A stretch of 64,000 nt of DNA. It comes from Raillietiella orientalis. Taxonomy: Eukaryota. Position numbers and translations under genes: made by a program. Within the stretch, counting starts at the first letter, position 1. The number at the start of each line of letters is the position of its first letter. Location: positions 1,302,001 through 1,366,000 of the forward strand of contig JAYWIR010000045.1 in NCBI GenBank assembly GCA_036172245.1, read 5' to 3'. Positions 61,612-64,000 of the stretch are shown here, in pieces. The notes under the pieces were generated by a model. The model was not told the DNA's origin, did no database searches, and saw only the letters and a list, made by a program, of their open reading frames with translations.

Positions 61612-64000
61612 CTGGAACGCAAGCAAGGGTTCGGCACCGAACACGGGAAGGCGCGCAGACAAACAAATCGCTCCGCGAAGCCTCTTGCCGAGGGTTTCTG
61701 CAAGCACGCCAAAGGGCGGAACCACGACTCAAGATCTTGGAAGCAGAAGATCCCGAATCCGCACAAGACACACACTCGAAACTGAATGGGGAAGGGAGGA
61801 TAGAACAGAACGAGATGTCCCCGAGAAAGTGATTCCAGGAGACTGGCACGTTGGCTTTTTTGGAAGGAAGGAACACCGCAGCTTTCCAGCATGAGGATGC
61901 AGAAATCAAACAAAATGCAAAAAGGAACAGAAAGTATTTTTAACAAGAATTTTTTTTTCCTCTTTGAGGTTTGAAAAAAGAAAAAGGAGAGAAGCAACTA
62001 AAAGCAAAAAAAAGCGTGTTTCTTTGAGCTGTGAGAAGCTTGAGGAGCGATGCCTAAGAAATTCTGAAAAAGGGTTCCGATCGGCAATTTTGATTGATCA
62101 GGTGCCCCCTGATATGCTGCTTGCATCATCAAAGACTTGGCTATTTGCATTCAGCCCCTAAACGCCCTTCGGAAAAACTCCGCCCTCGCTCCGGACGGTT
62201 TTTCTCAACCTGCCCAGCTCCGTTGTAGTGAGCGAAGGACCGGTCTGCAGTGGATGCTCAGGAGTTCCTTGGCGGGGAGAGGACTGCGTTGGGGGCTCAA
62301 CAGCCTCCCTCTCGGCACCCGGAGTTTCCGCTGCTGCTCGCATGATTTCCGACGTTGCACGGGTCAAAGAGGCTGGTGGTCCTCTTCCGTGCGGTCGATC
62401 CTCCCTACTCGATCGCATAGGTCCGTGGTCGGTAGTCCGCAGGGTGTCCTGGCCGGTAAGTCCCGTAGACGCGTATGCCGCCTTCAGTGTCGGACATCAT
62501 AATCGACCTGCTGAGCTGGTTCGAGAACTTCCCTGGGGTTTTCCAGCTCTTGCAGGAACGACTCAATTTGGGGCATACCAAGGAAGTGGCAGCTGGAGAG
62601 CCACGGACCGCCGTAATCGAAGACGCATTCGACGTACACCCATGAGGAAAAAGTCTGCATCAAGTGTTGGTAATCTTTAACGGAGACAGGCATGACATTC
62701 CTTGACAGAAGATTGTAGGAATCAGAGAAAAGCCACGTTGTGAGTTGGATGGAACAGGAGATCAAGCCGCCTCCTCCCTTCAGGTCAATCCACAAAGCTT
62801 TATGCATGCTGCCCGACTCAACGTCCTCTTGTTGAGCAGTGCTGTATATCCCGAACAAGATGGCAGATGCAGAAGGCTTGGGGATGAGACGTTGCCTCAT
62901 GTGTCCAATCATCTGGTGGCGCTCTCTCCGGTACATGTAGAGAGACGACCCATTGCTTCACCAGATTCAAGACGGCAACCAGAGGGAGCTGGGAAGTGGT
63001 TTGCTTCCATAAAATCACCCTGTACCGTCGTCTCTATTCGGATGAGCAACGTGCAAAGGAAAAAGGATGGCTATCGCTGAGCTCCCTCGAACCATTCTCT
63101 CTCTTCTCCAAAGAAAATTTTCTTTCTTTTACCTTCACTCCTGATTATTTTTGTCCTCTCTCTACTCATCACATTCGTTACCATTTGGCTGCAACACTTC
63201 ATTCCCCTTTTGAACGCGGGATCGATCCCAATGCATGTTATCCATTTTCTCTATCCAAGTTTTCTTGACTACTTTCCTGATTTTTGATATTGAAATGAGT
63301 TCAGAATTGCTCCAGAAGGAAGGGAAACTGAATGAAGAGAACCCTCTCTCTTCCTGACGACAAGTGATCTCCCGATGACCGTCAGAGCCCTGATAGTTGG
63401 GTCCCAGAATCCCCGAATGAACAGACAATGCGAGGAGTGGATATTCCTCTGCTGAAACACGAGAAAATGATGTGCCTCTAGCGTTCAGTGAGACGACTAG
63501 GGGACATCTTTACGACGAAGAAAACACCCAGAACACTGCCATCCGAGAACCAGCACCAATAGAGGCAAGTGTGGATGGATGGAGGACTTTGGGAGACAAT
63601 TCCATAACCTCATACAAAACAACAAGATGAGTAGAGCATGAATATCAAGGCGATGAAGATTGCAAATGTCCCGGTCCCTTCATTCTCTCGGTTCACTCTG
63701 TAAACAGAGCTGGATCGCGTGCGCTCTTGGAATTTCCAGCTCTTGCAGAGAATCTCCGTTCTTGGGATGCCAGGACCCGAACTGACCGGCGAAAATCGCG
63801 CGAACTGATGGTCGGTTCCAGAGAGTGGAGGGGAAAGCACGTGGTTCCTCGATTCCGACGAACGCTGCCGTTAGAAAAATCTCTTATCTGAAGTCCCAAC
63901 GGGAAAGCGTCACGATGCAGCAATAGATGCAGTCGGACGAGCTACGCAGATGTACCGAGGTGAACTACGAGACAAACGGTGCCACGCGAGCTCTGGAAGC

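Noticed and set aside
63610..63760. Next upstream anoctamin exon (NEGTGTFAIFIALIF resembles DNxxTVFFxxFMALW)
   Set aside because: Lacks the conserved CPxC, FDN and W residues and has no phase-1 donor at the required position; the true exon probably lies beyond the window.
1..64000. CRISPR arrays, rRNA, tRNA, snRNA/SL RNA, operons
   Set aside because: No repeat-spacer periodicity or recognisable structural RNA signatures were seen by eye; a covariance-model scan (Infernal/tRNAscan-SE) is needed to exclude small RNAs.

Overview
Eukaryotic (invertebrate animal-type) genomic DNA with spliceosomal GT-AG introns; no prokaryotic features, CRISPR arrays or rRNA/tRNA genes were recognised. Four conserved genes can be built by hand. 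(1) An eyegone-type Pax gene (+, ~1.4-5.4 kb; truncated paired domain plus S50 homeodomain). (2) An intronless, strongly CpG-depleted COX15 (+, 32.7-34.0 kb). (3) Mitochondrial inner membrane protease subunit 1, IMP1/IMMP1L (+, ~36.4-37.4 kb). (4) The 3' nine exons of an anoctamin/TMEM16 gene (-, 38.9-61.6 kb; 5' end not found). Intergenic DNA and large introns hold very decayed but collinear Gypsy, Copia and LINE relics. The most unusual structure is a 6.8-kb block (11654-18455) bounded by near-identical 588-bp inverted arms with CAC...GTG ends. It appears to have split an old Gypsy integrase and has no transposase. Each arm carries an inward-facing ATG-G|GTAAG exon/donor, and the spacer holds orphan exon-like segments on both strands. 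All homology calls come from recalled family motifs, not database searches.
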